NCBI GenBank assembly: GCA_964413475.1
Contig: CAYPSU010000002.1
Coordinates: forward strand, 8,562-72,561
Reading direction: 5' to 3'
DNA from: an uncultured Polaromonas sp.
GTDB taxonomy: Bacteria; Pseudomonadota; Gammaproteobacteria; Burkholderiales; Burkholderiaceae_C
Length of the DNA: 64,000 nucleotides
Under the pieces are notes generated by a model. That model saw nothing but the letters and a program-made list of their open reading frames with translations. It had not been told where the DNA came from and searched no databases. Position numbers and translations under genes: made by a program. Positions 38,949 through 49,193 of this stretch are shown here, in pieces; position 1 is the first letter of the stretch; each line of letters begins with the position of its first letter.

Positions 38949-40355
38949 TTAGCCGCGGGTGACCCGAACGAGTTCTTGCAGGGAGGTCACGCCCTCCTGA
39001 ACCAGGCGCTGACCGTCGTCGCGCATGAGCACCATTCCTGCGGCCAGCGCTTGGCTGCGTACCGTGTCTTCAGGAGCCTTCTCGTGGATCAGGCTGCGAA
39101 TGCTTTCATCGGTGACAAGCAACTCGAAGACGCCAGTACGCCCGCTGTAACCGCTTTGGCCGCATTCGATGCAGCCTGCCCCTTGGCAATGCGGGCAGAG
39201 CTTGCGCACCAGCCTTTGTGCCAGTACGCCCAGCAGGCATGAGCTGAGCAGGAAGGGCTCGATCCCCATATCCGTCAGACGAGTTACCGCACTGGCTGCA
39301 TCGTTGGTGTGCAGGGTAGCCAAGACCAGGTGACCTGTCAGAGAGGCTTGAATGGCGATCTGCGCTGTCTCGAAGTCCCTGATCTCACCGATCATGATGA
39401 TGTCTGGATCTTGCCGCAGGATGGCGCGAAGGGCGCGCGCAAAGTCAAGGTCGATGCGGGGGTTGATCTGGGTTTGTCCAATGCCGGGCAATTCGTATTC
39501 GATCGGGTCCTCGACCGTCATGATGTTGCTGCGCGAGGTATCGAGCTGCCCGAGAGCAGCATAGAGCGTGGTGGTCTTGCCTGAGCCGGTGGGGCCGGTT
39601 ACCAATACCAGCCCATGGGGCTGACTGATCAGGTTCTCAAAACGCCTGAGCGACTCGCCTTGCATGCCAACGTCACGAAGTCGCAGCCTTTGGCCCGATT
39701 TATCAAGCAATCGCAGCACCGCCCGCTCGCCGTGGGCGCTTGGAAGAGTCGATACCCTGACATCGACCGCCCGGGTTCCGATTCGCAGTGAAATGCGGCC
39801 GTCCTGCGGCATACGCTTTTCAGCGATATCGAGTTCAGCCATGATTTTCAGGCGTGAAATAAGGGCAGCGTGCAGCCCCCGATGCGGCTTGACGACCTCG
39901 CGCAGGGTGCCGTCGATTCGGAATCGAACCGAAGAATGTTGCTCGTAGGGCTCGATGTGGATGTCACTGGCACCGTCTCGTGCAGCCTGGGTGAGCAGGG
40001 CGTTGAGCATGCGGATGATGGGCGCGTCATCGGCCATTTCCAGCAGGTCCTCAACGGCCGGCAGCTCTTGCATCAGGCGCGATAAATCCACATCCGACTG
40101 GACCTGGCTGACCACAGCGGCGGCGCTGGACTCGCTTTGTGCATAAGCGCTGCTGATACGCTGCCTGAGCTCACCCTCCTCAAGCTGGTGAAGTTCAAGC
40201 GCTCGCTCGCCGAATCCATAGACTCGAAGCACCTCGCCGGTAGCCCCCGGATGACTGGCCGCGCTCAGCCAGAGCTCCAGAGAGTTTCCGCTGTCGATCA
40301 GCAGAAGCTGATGGCTGCGGGCAAATGCGTAGGGCAGGGGATGCCGCATGGTCAA
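38949..40355 (-). CDS. gspE: Type II secretion ATPase E
   Basis: ASDIHIEP, PQDGR, GPTGSGKT, TVEDPIEY, LRQDPD, TGHLV.ATLH, CPHC..CIEC. Confidence 0.95.
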   Translation of the reverse strand: MTMRHPLPYAFARSHQLLLIDSGNSLELWLSAASHPGATGEVLRVYGFGERALELHQLEEGELRQRISSAYAQSESSAAAVVSQVQSDVDLSRLMQELPAVEDLLEMADDAPIIRMLNALLTQAARDGASDIHIEPYEQHSSVRFRIDGTLREVVKPHRGLHAALISRLKIMAELDIAEKRMPQDGRISLRIGTRAVDVRVSTLPSAHGERAVLRLLDKSGQRLRLRDVGMQGESLRRFENLISQPHGLVLVTGPTGSGKTTTLYAALGQLDTSRSNIMTVEDPIEYELPGIGQTQINPRIDLDFARALRAILRQDPDIIMIGEIRDFETAQIAIQASLTGHLVLATLHTNDAASAVTRLTDMGIEPFLLSSCLLGVLAQRLVRKLCPHCQGAGCIECGQSGYSGRTGVFELLVTDESIRSLIHEKAPEDTVRSQALAAGMVLMRDDGQRLVQEGVTSLQELVRVTRG

Positions 40356-42445
40356 GGTCGGGTGGGGGCCGGTCTTGGGCTCGTGCTGGATCCAGACGGG
40401 CTTGCACTCGAGGGCGCGATGGGGGGCAAGACAGGCGCGCCTTCGATTCGCATCACCGAGCTGGGCTGCGGCCGGGCGCCTTGCTGCAGGCCGCGCATCA
40501 GATCGTAGCGGTCAAGGGATAGATTTTGTGTGGCCGATGCATCGCGGACCACAATGGGCCGAAGGAAAACCATCAGATTGCTCTTGTTGCGCTTGCGCCC
40601 CTCGCTGCGGAAAAGGCGCCCGAGCAGCGGAATGTCGGCCAGTCCTGGAACACGGTCCTCGTTGCCGGAAAACTCATCCTGCAGCAATCCCCCGAGCACA
40701 ACGATGGCGCCATCTTCGACCAGGACATTCGATTCAATCGATCGCTTGTTGGTGATCAAGCCACTGGAGCTTACGGTTGGGGAGATGCTGGAGACTTCCT
40801 GAAAGATTTGCATGCGCACCGTACCGCTCTCGCTGATCTGGGGTTTGACGCGCAGGGTCAGACCCACATCGCGCCGCTCGATCGTTTGGAAGGGGTTGAC
40901 CGATCCGGACGGGCCGGTGTTGGCATTGGTGTACTGTCCCGTGACAAACGGCACGTTTTGGCCGACGACGATCTTGGCCTCTTCGTTGTCCAGGGTGAGC
41001 AAGGTGGGTGTCGACAGAATGTTGCCATCACCCGTCTCCTGCAGAAATCGTCCCAGCATGCCCAGGGTGTAGACACCGCCGTTGCGGTTGAGGAGGCCGA
41101 AATTCAGTCCCCGGCCCGGTACCACATTGCCGCTCGCGCCCTGTGTCTGCAGGGTGATGATGTTGTTGCCCCCCGTACCGAAATTGGTACCCAGGAGCCC
41201 GATCGTACCGTCGCCTCTTTGCCCTATGGGGGTTTGCCACTGGATGCCGAATTCCTCGGCTTTATCAGCCCGCACTTCAACGATGAGGCTCTCTACCAGC
41301 ACTTGTGCCCGACGCGTGTCCAGCTGGTCAATCACGGACCGGAGTTGACGATAAACCGGTTCAGGGGCGCTGATGATGAGGGAATTGGTGGCAGGTTCAG
41401 CCTGAATCTGTCCACCGATCTGGGGCAGGTTGGCGGCAGTGCCCGAGGCGCCAGGTGTCGTGGCCGCAGGCGAGGCGGCTCCAGCAGGGGCCGGCGCGCC
41501 AGCTCCCGAACGTGTTTCATTGGCGGCCAAGGCTGCTCTCAGCGTGATGGCCAATTTGGCGGCATCGGCGTTTTTCAGGTAAACCACATGAATATTCCCC
41601 GCCGGCCCGGCCGGACTGCCCGGCTGGTCCAGCCGTTCCACCAGGCTGCGAGCCAGAGCCAGCCGGGCCGGATTACCCGCTCTGATGATGACCGCGTTGG
41701 CGCGCGGTTCGGCCATCACGGTGGTGCGGTAACTTGCATCACCGGCCTGCCCAGCTCCCGCTGCGGGCTGAGACTCCAGAAGACGAAGGGCCATTGGAAC
41801 CAGGTCAGAGGCAATCGCATGCCGCAGCGCAACCACCTCGATATCTGTTGCATTGGGGATATCCAGGGCTGCGATGATGCGTCCGACCCGCTGCAGGTTG
41901 TCCGCATAGTCGGTGACGACCAGTGAGTTATTGCCTGGGCTGACGTTGATGGAGTTGTTCGGGCTAATCAAAGGCCGCAGGATGGGAACCAGGTTGTTGG
42001 CGTTCTCGTGGCTGAGCCTGAAGATTTGGGTTGCGATCTGGTTGCCGGGGATCGCAGCCGGCTTGTCGCTCACATTTCCACCCTGGAGCTTGGCCTCGGC
42101 CTCTGGCACGATCTTGTAGAGGCCTGCCGACTCCACCACTGCAAAACCCTGCAATCGCAGGGCCGCCAGAAATTGATCGTAAGCCGCTGCGCGGCTCACT
42201 GGCCGGTCGGTGTTGAGCGTCATCGTGCCCTTCACTCTGGGATCGAGGACGACGCTTCGACCGGTGATCAGGGCCACGGCACGGGCCACTTCGGCGATCT
42301 CGGTGTTGGTAAAGCTCAGGGAAACCATATTCCCTGGCTTTGGGGCGGATGTTGCGGCCTGTGCCGGGGCGGCGTTTTGGGCCTTGGATGGCCCGCTCCC
42401 CATGAAAACGAGGCAGAGGGATGTTGCAATCGCAATTTTTTTCAT
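40352..42445 (-). CDS. gspD: Type II secretion secretin D
   Basis: Signal peptide MKKIAIA.., DPRVKG, QVLVESLIVEV, VGQNVP, VPGLADIPLLGRLFR, NLMVFLRP. Confidence 0.93.
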   Translation of the reverse strand: MKKIAIATSLCLVFMGSGPSKAQNAAPAQAATSAPKPGNMVSLSFTNTEIAEVARAVALITGRSVVLDPRVKGTMTLNTDRPVSRAAAYDQFLAALRLQGFAVVESAGLYKIVPEAEAKLQGGNVSDKPAAIPGNQIATQIFRLSHENANNLVPILRPLISPNNSINVSPGNNSLVVTDYADNLQRVGRIIAALDIPNATDIEVVALRHAIASDLVPMALRLLESQPAAGAGQAGDASYRTTVMAEPRANAVIIRAGNPARLALARSLVERLDQPGSPAGPAGNIHVVYLKNADAAKLAITLRAALAANETRSGAGAPAPAGAASPAATTPGASGTAANLPQIGGQIQAEPATNSLIISAPEPVYRQLRSVIDQLDTRRAQVLVESLIVEVRADKAEEFGIQWQTPIGQRGDGTIGLLGTNFGTGGNNIITLQTQGASGNVVPGRGLNFGLLNRNGGVYTLGMLGRFLQETGDGNILSTPTLLTLDNEEAKIVVGQNVPFVTGQYTNANTGPSGSVNPFQTIERRDVGLTLRVKPQISESGTVRMQIFQEVSSISPTVSSSGLITNKRSIESNVLVEDGAIVVLGGLLQDEFSGNEDRVPGLADIPLLGRLFRSEGRKRNKSNLMVFLRPIVVRDASATQNLSLDRYDLMRGLQQGARPQPSSVMRIEGAPVLPPIAPSSASPSGSSTSPRPAPTRP

Positions 42446-43254
42446 GGGGCAAAACCTCTTCCGAGGGAAAGGATGGAGCGTCGGCCTTCGCGCTGGCCGA
42501 TGATATTGAGTACGGTATTGAGGACGGGTTCGAGTTCCGGTGATGTACTGGCCTCGCCGGTAAAGTGCAGTCGCCCTTCGAGCCAATGCCCACGTCCCTG
42601 AAGAAGCAGGGCGCCCCCTGAAGTCTTCAGAGAGATAGAGGGCCGGGCTCCTCCCGACAGGTCGACCTGGTATCTTCCAATCGGTTTGAGCGGCGAGAGG
42701 GGCGTGCTCAGGTTTTGAATATCCAAGCGCGCCAGCCCTCGCCATTGCGCCCGACCCTCGCTCCAGCCCCAATGCAGGCCTTGAGTGCTCAGATGAATGT
42801 TCCCCGCGGGCTTGAGCGTGTTCAGCGGAGTGCCCAGTCCTGCCAGCACATCAGCGGGCCAAATGGACTGCAGGTCAGCCAAGCTCAGTTCAGGCCGCCA
42901 ATCCTTGATCGATAGCCGTATTTGCCCGGTCTGACTCATGCAGCATCGGGCGCGGACATGAACCATCAGTGCCGAGGTCGTTGCGCCCACACTCCATTCG
43001 ATTCGATCGGGCAACAAGGCCCGGTCGCGGCTGCCTGGCCCGGCGGTCAGAGCTATGCGAGCTGATCCGGACCAGATCCGGCCGGCCGGCTCGACGAGTT
43101 GAACCGGGCTGTCCGGGCCCACCAGGCCGGTCAGCCATCGCGCCGGTGCGTGGTAGGCCACTGAGACTCCCACGCCCGCCAGAAAACCGAGCAGGGCCCA
43201 GGCCCATCCCGCGCGGCCGGAGGCGGCCTTGGGCGCGCTCAGATGTCGCTTCAT
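42442..43254 (-). CDS. gspN: Type II secretion protein N
   Basis: N-terminal TM, APARWL, GRIWSGSA, LNTVLNIIG; position between M and D. Confidence 0.8.
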   Translation of the reverse strand: MKRHLSAPKAASGRAGWAWALLGFLAGVGVSVAYHAPARWLTGLVGPDSPVQLVEPAGRIWSGSARIALTAGPGSRDRALLPDRIEWSVGATTSALMVHVRARCCMSQTGQIRLSIKDWRPELSLADLQSIWPADVLAGLGTPLNTLKPAGNIHLSTQGLHWGWSEGRAQWRGLARLDIQNLSTPLSPLKPIGRYQVDLSGGARPSISLKTSGGALLLQGRGHWLEGRLHFTGEASTSPELEPVLNTVLNIIGQREGRRSILSLGRGFAP

Positions 43255-43739
43255 GGCTGTGCCAGCTCCAAGGTCATACGGCCGGCCCAGTGTGCTGTCT
43301 CGACTTCCCGCAACGATGCCTGCACCAGCCGAGCGCCAGTCTGCGGACCTACAGTCTGCAGCCAGTTTGCCAGTTCTTCGGTAGGCGCCCGCTTGAGCTG
43401 AACGACGACGCGCCCGCCCGCCTCCGATGTGGCCTGCCCGCCCATTTTTTCAATGGATCGCTTGAGAGCCTCTAGCCCTTGGGCCGGGTCAAGTCGGGCC
43501 TGCTTTTGCAGCGCCGTCGCCTGGCCTGCCAGTTGCTGTATCGAGCTCAAATTTTGCGTCAGTTGCACCCGTTGAGCGGGAGCTGTTTTCCATAGTTGCA
43601 GGGCTGGGCGAATCGAGTAGAACCAGAGCAGCAGCAACACCAGCAAACCAGCGGCCAAAGCCATCAGCCATCTTTCGCGCGGGGCACGCGACTGCCACAG
43701 CTTGATGAGCTGCGAGTTCGGGCCAATCGGGTTCATCAT
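43251..43739 (-). CDS. gspM: Type II secretion protein M
   Basis: WQSRAPRER followed by TM helix and IRPA, LANWL; position. Confidence 0.8.
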   Translation of the reverse strand: MMNPIGPNSQLIKLWQSRAPRERWLMALAAGLLVLLLLWFYSIRPALQLWKTAPAQRVQLTQNLSSIQQLAGQATALQKQARLDPAQGLEALKRSIEKMGGQATSEAGGRVVVQLKRAPTEELANWLQTVGPQTGARLVQASLREVETAHWAGRMTLELAQP

Positions 43740-44935
43740 GGCGCGGTGGCCTTGATCTGCCATTGCGAATCCTTACCTTGCAGGCTGTAGCCCTTGGATG
43801 CCAGACTGACCTGGAGCGGCTTGATGCTTTCCTCGGCCAGGGGCCAAGCGCTGAGCGTTATCTGGCCGGTGGCAAATTCAAGTTGTCCGATGGCGGGGGC
43901 TCCCGATTCGGCCAGTATTGTCAGCATAACGCCCAGATCACCGGCCCCTGGCGCGCCGGTTTTTTGGGCCAAATCCCGCACCGCACGCTGCATTTGCGCC
44001 AGCGGATCGATCACGACTGGGGTCTGCGGGAAGGTCTGACGCAGCAGGGCAGCTTGCTCACTTCTCAGGCTTTCATGTGTGCGGTTTTCACGCCAGGCCC
44101 AAGCTTGTAGACCCAAGGCTTGCACCAGAAGCAGCAGCGCCAAACCCCAACGCACAGCCTGCCATTGTGGGGAACTCCAGAGGCGATGGAGGATCCGCTG
44201 GGCTACGCTGTGCCAACGCCTTGAAGCGCCGGTCGCCAGATCGAATTGGGCCAGGTCCCAATCGGATTGGGCAGCCAGGGACATCCGTTGAGCCGGCGAC
44301 AACACGTCAAACCGCTTGTGCAGTATTCGTTCAGCCAGGTCCACGAGTTGGGGTTCAGCCCACAAACTGCCGTCTTCATCGTTCGCTGCCTGGCTGATGG
44401 CTTGCCAGCTGCTCTGGGTTGTTAGCGGCAAGGCCTGAACCCCTGTGGGACTGACTCGTACCCAATGGGTCAAACCACCTTCCCCCACCAAAAATTGAGC
44501 GGACTGGCCCGGCTGAAATTCGGGGACGATGCGCTGTATGTCGTGACCTGCAGTCCGCACCGCCGTGATCTGCTGCATCAGCCAAGCTTTGTCGCAGACG
44601 GCGACGTCCGAGGCCTCGCCTGCAGTCCAGTCGGGAGCCAGCGCCAGATGTAACTCGGCCGGATCGCTGAGCAGTTCTTCCTCGAGCAGCCCGGCTAAGG
44701 CCGCGCGCACTTTTTGCGCCGGCAGGCGTGGCAGGGTTACGCGCTGCCAAGACAGTTTGAAGGCGGGAAGGATCAGAATCACCGGGACCGATCGGGGCCA
44801 ATCGCCCGGCGAGCCGTTGAGGCGCTCCGCATCAAGGCTGGAGCCGGTCAAGCTTGGTTCTTGCCTGTCCATCACCAGCCAGGCAGACCAAGGCTCAGGC
44901 GGGTTGAGATTCGGGCTGGCGAGAATCAAACTCAT
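43736..44935 (-). CDS. gspL: Type II secretion protein L
   Basis: LLEEELLSDP..LHLA, WDLAQF, TM helix, FP..PVVIDPLAQM. Confidence 0.85.
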   Translation of the reverse strand: MSLILASPNLNPPEPWSAWLVMDRQEPSLTGSSLDAERLNGSPGDWPRSVPVILILPAFKLSWQRVTLPRLPAQKVRAALAGLLEEELLSDPAELHLALAPDWTAGEASDVAVCDKAWLMQQITAVRTAGHDIQRIVPEFQPGQSAQFLVGEGGLTHWVRVSPTGVQALPLTTQSSWQAISQAANDEDGSLWAEPQLVDLAERILHKRFDVLSPAQRMSLAAQSDWDLAQFDLATGASRRWHSVAQRILHRLWSSPQWQAVRWGLALLLLVQALGLQAWAWRENRTHESLRSEQAALLRQTFPQTPVVIDPLAQMQRAVRDLAQKTGAPGAGDLGVMLTILAESGAPAIGQLEFATGQITLSAWPLAEESIKPLQVSLASKGYSLQGKDSQWQIKATAP

Positions 44936-45116
44936 GGGTCAGAACAACTCAGATTTTTGGACATTATCCTTCGATCGATGGCAAGACCAACCTGAACGAC
45001 TGCAGGTTTTACGAGACGCGGTCCGATGAAAGCAAGAAACTTCCGCAGGGGCAGTGGATCGTTATCGATCAGACGCGGGGCATGGCTTGTTTCCCGCAAC
45101 CGGCCAGGATGCACCT

Positions 45117-46040
45117 TCAAGTCGCCGGCAACCGCCGGTGATAAAGCTCCAGCAATTTTTCTGCGGTGGCTGAGGGCTGTTCCTCATGCGAGAGATGACC
45201 CAGGCCCTCAAAGCGTGTCAGTGTGGCCCGCAGCGTCGGATCGAGCAGCGGCAGAACCTTCTCGGCCTGTGAGGGTCGCACCGTCTTGTCGCCAGTGGCC
45301 ACGATCAGATCCAGTGGCACGCGCAGGCGTGGCAGCCGCTCGGCCAGTTCATGCAGATCCCACTGGGCCATCATCCCCAGCGCCGCCGCCGCGTGGCTGG
45401 GGCTGGCCACCAGCTTGGCATAAAGGTCCACGCCTTCCTCGCTGATGCGCGAGCCGGTGCTGTACAGCAGTCGCTCGGTCACCGCACGGTCTCTGGCCTG
45501 ATGGGCAAACAGTCGGGGGATCCAGTGCATGCCTGCCATCAGGCGAGCGGCTGGCGAGAAGAACTGGCCGGCCAAGCCGTGCAGCGGCAGCAGCGCACCA
45601 TTGAGGCTGACGATCAGGCGGGGCTTGCTCAGACGCTCCAGAGCCATGTACACAGCCACCGCTGCGCCGGCGGAGTGACCGACGATCAGGTCGGGTTGCA
45701 GCTTGAGCGTTTCCACCAGGGTCTGGGTGCCTCGAGCCATGCCGGCCAGTGACAACAGAGAAGATGAGGCGCCAGCGGCGGGCAATTCGGTGAAGGCGTG
45801 GCCAGGCAGGTCCAGACTGATCACCTGCAGATGACCGGCCAGCAGCGGGGCGACGTCTCGCCAGGAATGCGAAGACGCGCCTGTACCGTGCAGCAACAGG
45901 ACGGTGGTTGCATGCGGTGCTGGCGCTGGCCAGTGCTGTACATGCCAGCGCAGACCGGCGGCCTGCACAAAGCGGCTGCGCTCGCGGTGCGGCCAGTTCT
46001 GCCCGTCGCGTTCCCAGTCCAGAGCGGCCAGAGTGCTCAT
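45117..46040 (-). CDS. bchO: Alpha/beta hydrolase, Mg-chelatase accessory BchO
   Basis: WPHR..SRFV....LRWHVQ, LLHGTGASSHSWR, GHSAG, GHLSHEE; directly downstream of bchD. Confidence 0.88.
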   Translation of the reverse strand: MSTLAALDWERDGQNWPHRERSRFVQAAGLRWHVQHWPAPAPHATTVLLLHGTGASSHSWRDVAPLLAGHLQVISLDLPGHAFTELPAAGASSSLLSLAGMARGTQTLVETLKLQPDLIVGHSAGAAVAVYMALERLSKPRLIVSLNGALLPLHGLAGQFFSPAARLMAGMHWIPRLFAHQARDRAVTERLLYSTGSRISEEGVDLYAKLVASPSHAAAALGMMAQWDLHELAERLPRLRVPLDLIVATGDKTVRPSQAEKVLPLLDPTLRATLTRFEGLGHLSHEEQPSATAEKLLELYHRRLPAT

Positions 46041-46046
46041 CGGTCC

Positions 46047-47963
46047 TCAGGATGCCTCAGGCCGTGCCAGGCGTACCGCTTGCGAGAGCTTGTTCGCATC
46101 AGCATGCGGCAGAGGAAGGTAGTGGGCGCCCAGGGTTTGCGCCAGGGTTTGCGCGGCTTGTTGCGCCTGAGGCGAAGTGTCGATCAGCAGACAGGTTACA
46201 GCCTGCGCCGCCAGGCTTCGGGCTGCGGTCAGGGCGTCTTCGGTGGCCTTGGTGCGGCCAGGGCTGCCGTCCTGCGCAATGTTGGCCCGGCCATCGGTCA
46301 GAAGGACCACCAGGGGTGTATCGCCACTGCGGCTGATCTGGTGGGTCAGGGTCTGCGTGGCTTGCAGGGCTGCGGCCAGGGGCGTGCCGCCACCGCCGGG
46401 CAGGGCGGCCAGTGCGCGTTTAGCCCGGGTCAGGGATCGCGTCGGTGGCAAGAGCAGTTGGGCCTGTGTGCCGCGGAAGGCCAGCACCGCCACTCGGTCG
46501 CGCCGCACATAGCAGTCGGCCAAGAGCAGTTCAACCGCCCCCTTGGCTTCGGCCAGTCGGTTCAGGGCCGATGAGCCTGAAGCATCGACCACGAAGACGG
46601 CTGTGGTTGAAGTGTTCTGGCGAAAGCGCTTGATATGGAAATCCTCGCGGCGCACTTCGATGCGGCGTGAGGCAGTGGGCGCGGGCGGGCGGCTGCGTTT
46701 TCGCAGGGTCTGCCAGGGCGCAGCCGCGCGCAGGGTGGCCAACACGTGCAGGCGCGCGCCGTTTCGCAACTCGCCTCGCATCGCGCCCAAGGGCCGTCCG
46801 CGTCGCCGATTCTTGACCGAGGCGCCGGCCTTGCCCGCTCCGCCGTGCAGGGCCCGGACAGACCGTTGGGCTCGCAGCATGGCCAGCAGTCCGGGCGACA
46901 GGCTGGCCTGAACTGCTGCCACCATGAGTTCCTGCAGCTGTTCGGCACTGGGTAAGTCCAAGGCTTGTTCTTCGGCTTGCGGCTGGGCTGGCGGCGTTTG
47001 TGGGGCCTGCGCCTCTGGCGGCTCCGGTGGCGGCTGCTCTGACTGCGGGTCGGCCTCGGTGGTTTGGTCTGGAGGCAGACGGGTGGCGCGCGGAGCGAGC
47101 ACCAGCCGGGCGGCCAGCGTGGCCTGGTCCGTGCTGACGCTCGAGGCGCCCTGGAGGGCAGCGGCCGCGCGGGCTGCCCGCGCGGCCAACAGCGGCGGGC
47201 GCAGGGAGTCGATGCCCAGGGCCATGGCGGTGCCGCAAAGGGCCTGGAGTTGAGAGTCGGGCAGTTCAATATGCGGCAGGCGCAGACGCGCGGTCATCAC
47301 CTGTTCAGCGTTCACCCATTCCTGTAACTCCAGTTCCGCAGCCCGCGCCAGCGACCCTTGCTCATCCTCGATCTGTGGCGCGCACAGCCAGAAGGCCAGG
47401 CGGTCTTGCAGGGCCGGATGCAGGGCTTCGTCCGGGTCCTGACCCTCATCCAGGGCGAGCAGACCGATGGCCGTCTCTACGGCATCGGCCAGGCCCTCGC
47501 GCTGCAGATCGACCCGCCGGTTGTCCAGCGCAGCCGTCAATCGGGCCGCAGTCTCTGCCGGCAGCCGCTCGGCCATGGCCAGCAGCAGCAGGCCGCCATG
47601 GCTTTGACCGATGAGCCCGCTTCTGAGCACGGGTCGACCGCTGGCCAAGGTGGCCGGAAGGTCCAAGCCGCCCAGCAGTTCGCTGTCGCCGATGCCTGCC
47701 GGCATGCGTCTGATCGGCGTGCCCTGCGGCAGCAGGCTTTTGAGTCGATCCAGCCAACACTGGCGCCAGGCAGTGGGTCCGCTGCGCAGGCAGGCACCGC
47801 CCAGGCCGATGGGGTCAACAGCGAGCAGGGCGGCGGCCCAGGCTTCGTCGTCTGACAGCAGAGCCTGAGCAGGGTTCAGCGGGTCTTCGGTGAGCGCCGG
47901 GGTCGATTGGACCGGCCGATTCCGGGCGGTGGGGGGCCGAGTCTGGGATGGATGGGCGTGCAT
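46047..47963 (-). CDS. bchD: Magnesium chelatase subunit D
   Basis: LLGGLDL.ATL, MAER, Pro/Glu-rich linker, ATLRAAAPWQ, vWA DASGS, LTDGRAN; start codon uncertain. Confidence 0.92.
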   Translation of the reverse strand: MHAHPSQTRPPTARNRPVQSTPALTEDPLNPAQALLSDDEAWAAALLAVDPIGLGGACLRSGPTAWRQCWLDRLKSLLPQGTPIRRMPAGIGDSELLGGLDLPATLASGRPVLRSGLIGQSHGGLLLLAMAERLPAETAARLTAALDNRRVDLQREGLADAVETAIGLLALDEGQDPDEALHPALQDRLAFWLCAPQIEDEQGSLARAAELELQEWVNAEQVMTARLRLPHIELPDSQLQALCGTAMALGIDSLRPPLLAARAARAAAALQGASSVSTDQATLAARLVLAPRATRLPPDQTTEADPQSEQPPPEPPEAQAPQTPPAQPQAEEQALDLPSAEQLQELMVAAVQASLSPGLLAMLRAQRSVRALHGGAGKAGASVKNRRRGRPLGAMRGELRNGARLHVLATLRAAAPWQTLRKRSRPPAPTASRRIEVRREDFHIKRFRQNTSTTAVFVVDASGSSALNRLAEAKGAVELLLADCYVRRDRVAVLAFRGTQAQLLLPPTRSLTRAKRALAALPGGGGTPLAAALQATQTLTHQISRSGDTPLVVLLTDGRANIAQDGSPGRTKATEDALTAARSLAAQAVTCLLIDTSPQAQQAAQTLAQTLGAHYLPLPHADANKLSQAVRLARPEAS

Positions 47964-48028
47964 GGCCGTCGGTGGGGTCAGGGCCGGCGGCTTGGGGCGG
48001 GACAGCCAGAACCCTTTGGGCGTGCCGA

Positions 48029-49057
48029 TCAGGCCGGCATGAGTTCGGACAACACGCGCTCGATCCGGATGGTCGAGCCGGTATCGTCCAGCACGTGCCG
48101 GCGCAGGCGATGGCGCAGCGCCGGTGCCGCCACGCGGCGCAAATGGCTGTCGTGGACCTGTCGATCGCCCTCCAGGGCGGCACAGGCGCGGGCGGCCCGC
48201 ATCAGCGTCATGTCGCCGCGCAGCCCGTCGGTGCCCAGGGCCATGCAAAGTTCCGAGGCGCGCTGCCGCGCAGCCTCGGGGATGTCGATGTGGTGCAGTC
48301 GCTTGCGCGCCTGGGTGATTTTGCGACGTATCTTGTCGGCCTCTTTTTCCCACTGCGCACAGAAGCCAGCCGGATCGTTCTCGAAGGCTTCACGGCGGCG
48401 CACCACCTCAACCCGGCTGGGCAGATCGCCTGGGGTCTTGACTTCCACGGACAGACCGAAGCGGTCGAGAAGCTGAGGCCGCAGTTCGCCTTCTTCGGGG
48501 TTGCCGCTGCCCACCAGCACAAAACGGGCGGGGTGACGTACCGAGAGCCCTTCGCGTTCAATCACGTTTTCACCTGATGCGGCCACGTCGATCAACAGAT
48601 CGACCAAATGGTCTTCCAGCAGATTGACCTCGTCGATGTAGAGAAAGCCCCGGTTGGCACGGGCCAGCAGCCCGGGTTCGAAGGCTTTGATGCCCTGAGA
48701 CAGCGCCCGTTCAAGGTCCAGCGCTCCCACCACCCGGTCCTCGGTAGCCCCCAGCGGCAGATCGACCACAGCAACAGCCCGGGTATGGGTCTTGAGTCTT
48801 GTGCCCTCGGCCATAGCGCTGCGGCAGCTTTCGCAGCAGCGCTGGGGTTCGGCCGGGTCGCACTGGTAGGGGCAGTCGCTGACCACCCGCATGGCAGGCA
48901 AAAGGCTGGCCAACCCACGGACCGCGGTTGACTTACCGGTGCCGCGGTCACCGAGCACCAGAACGCCTCCCAGGGTGGGATCGATGGCGGCCATGAGGAT
49001 GGCCAGTTTCATCTCGTCCTGCCCGACGATGGCGGCGAAAGGGAAGGTGTACGCCAT
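48029..49057 (-). CDS. bchI: Magnesium chelatase subunit I
   Basis: FPFAAIVGQ, GDRGTGKST, ATEDRVVG, FEPGLLA, DEVNLL, SGNPEEGELRPQLLDRFG. Confidence 0.95.
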   Translation of the reverse strand: MAYTFPFAAIVGQDEMKLAILMAAIDPTLGGVLVLGDRGTGKSTAVRGLASLLPAMRVVSDCPYQCDPAEPQRCCESCRSAMAEGTRLKTHTRAVAVVDLPLGATEDRVVGALDLERALSQGIKAFEPGLLARANRGFLYIDEVNLLEDHLVDLLIDVAASGENVIEREGLSVRHPARFVLVGSGNPEEGELRPQLLDRFGLSVEVKTPGDLPSRVEVVRRREAFENDPAGFCAQWEKEADKIRRKITQARKRLHHIDIPEAARQRASELCMALGTDGLRGDMTLMRAARACAALEGDRQVHDSHLRRVAAPALRHRLRRHVLDDTGSTIRIERVLSELMPA

Positions 49058-49090
49058 AGGGCGAGTATGACACACGAATACATCACTACA

Positions 49091-49108
49091 TGTCAACCTA
49101 AAGTGACA
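49091..49108. promoter_or_regulatory. PpsR/CrtJ binding box TGTCAACCTAAAGTGACA
   Basis: Exact TGT-N12-ACA (TGTCA-N8-TGACA) palindrome 34 bp upstream of the bchI start. Confidence 0.85.
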
Positions 49109-49193
49109 CATAAGGGTTTCTGCTAGGTTCGAGCCATCCCAACGGCCGGACGCTGGGGCTCAGCCAGAGGGCCTTGTGACCCTCTCGTGTCGT

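Noticed and set aside
44932-45120. 62-aa ORF bridging bchO and gspL as a gspK remnant
   Set aside because: No recognisable GspK or pilin features; probably intergenic
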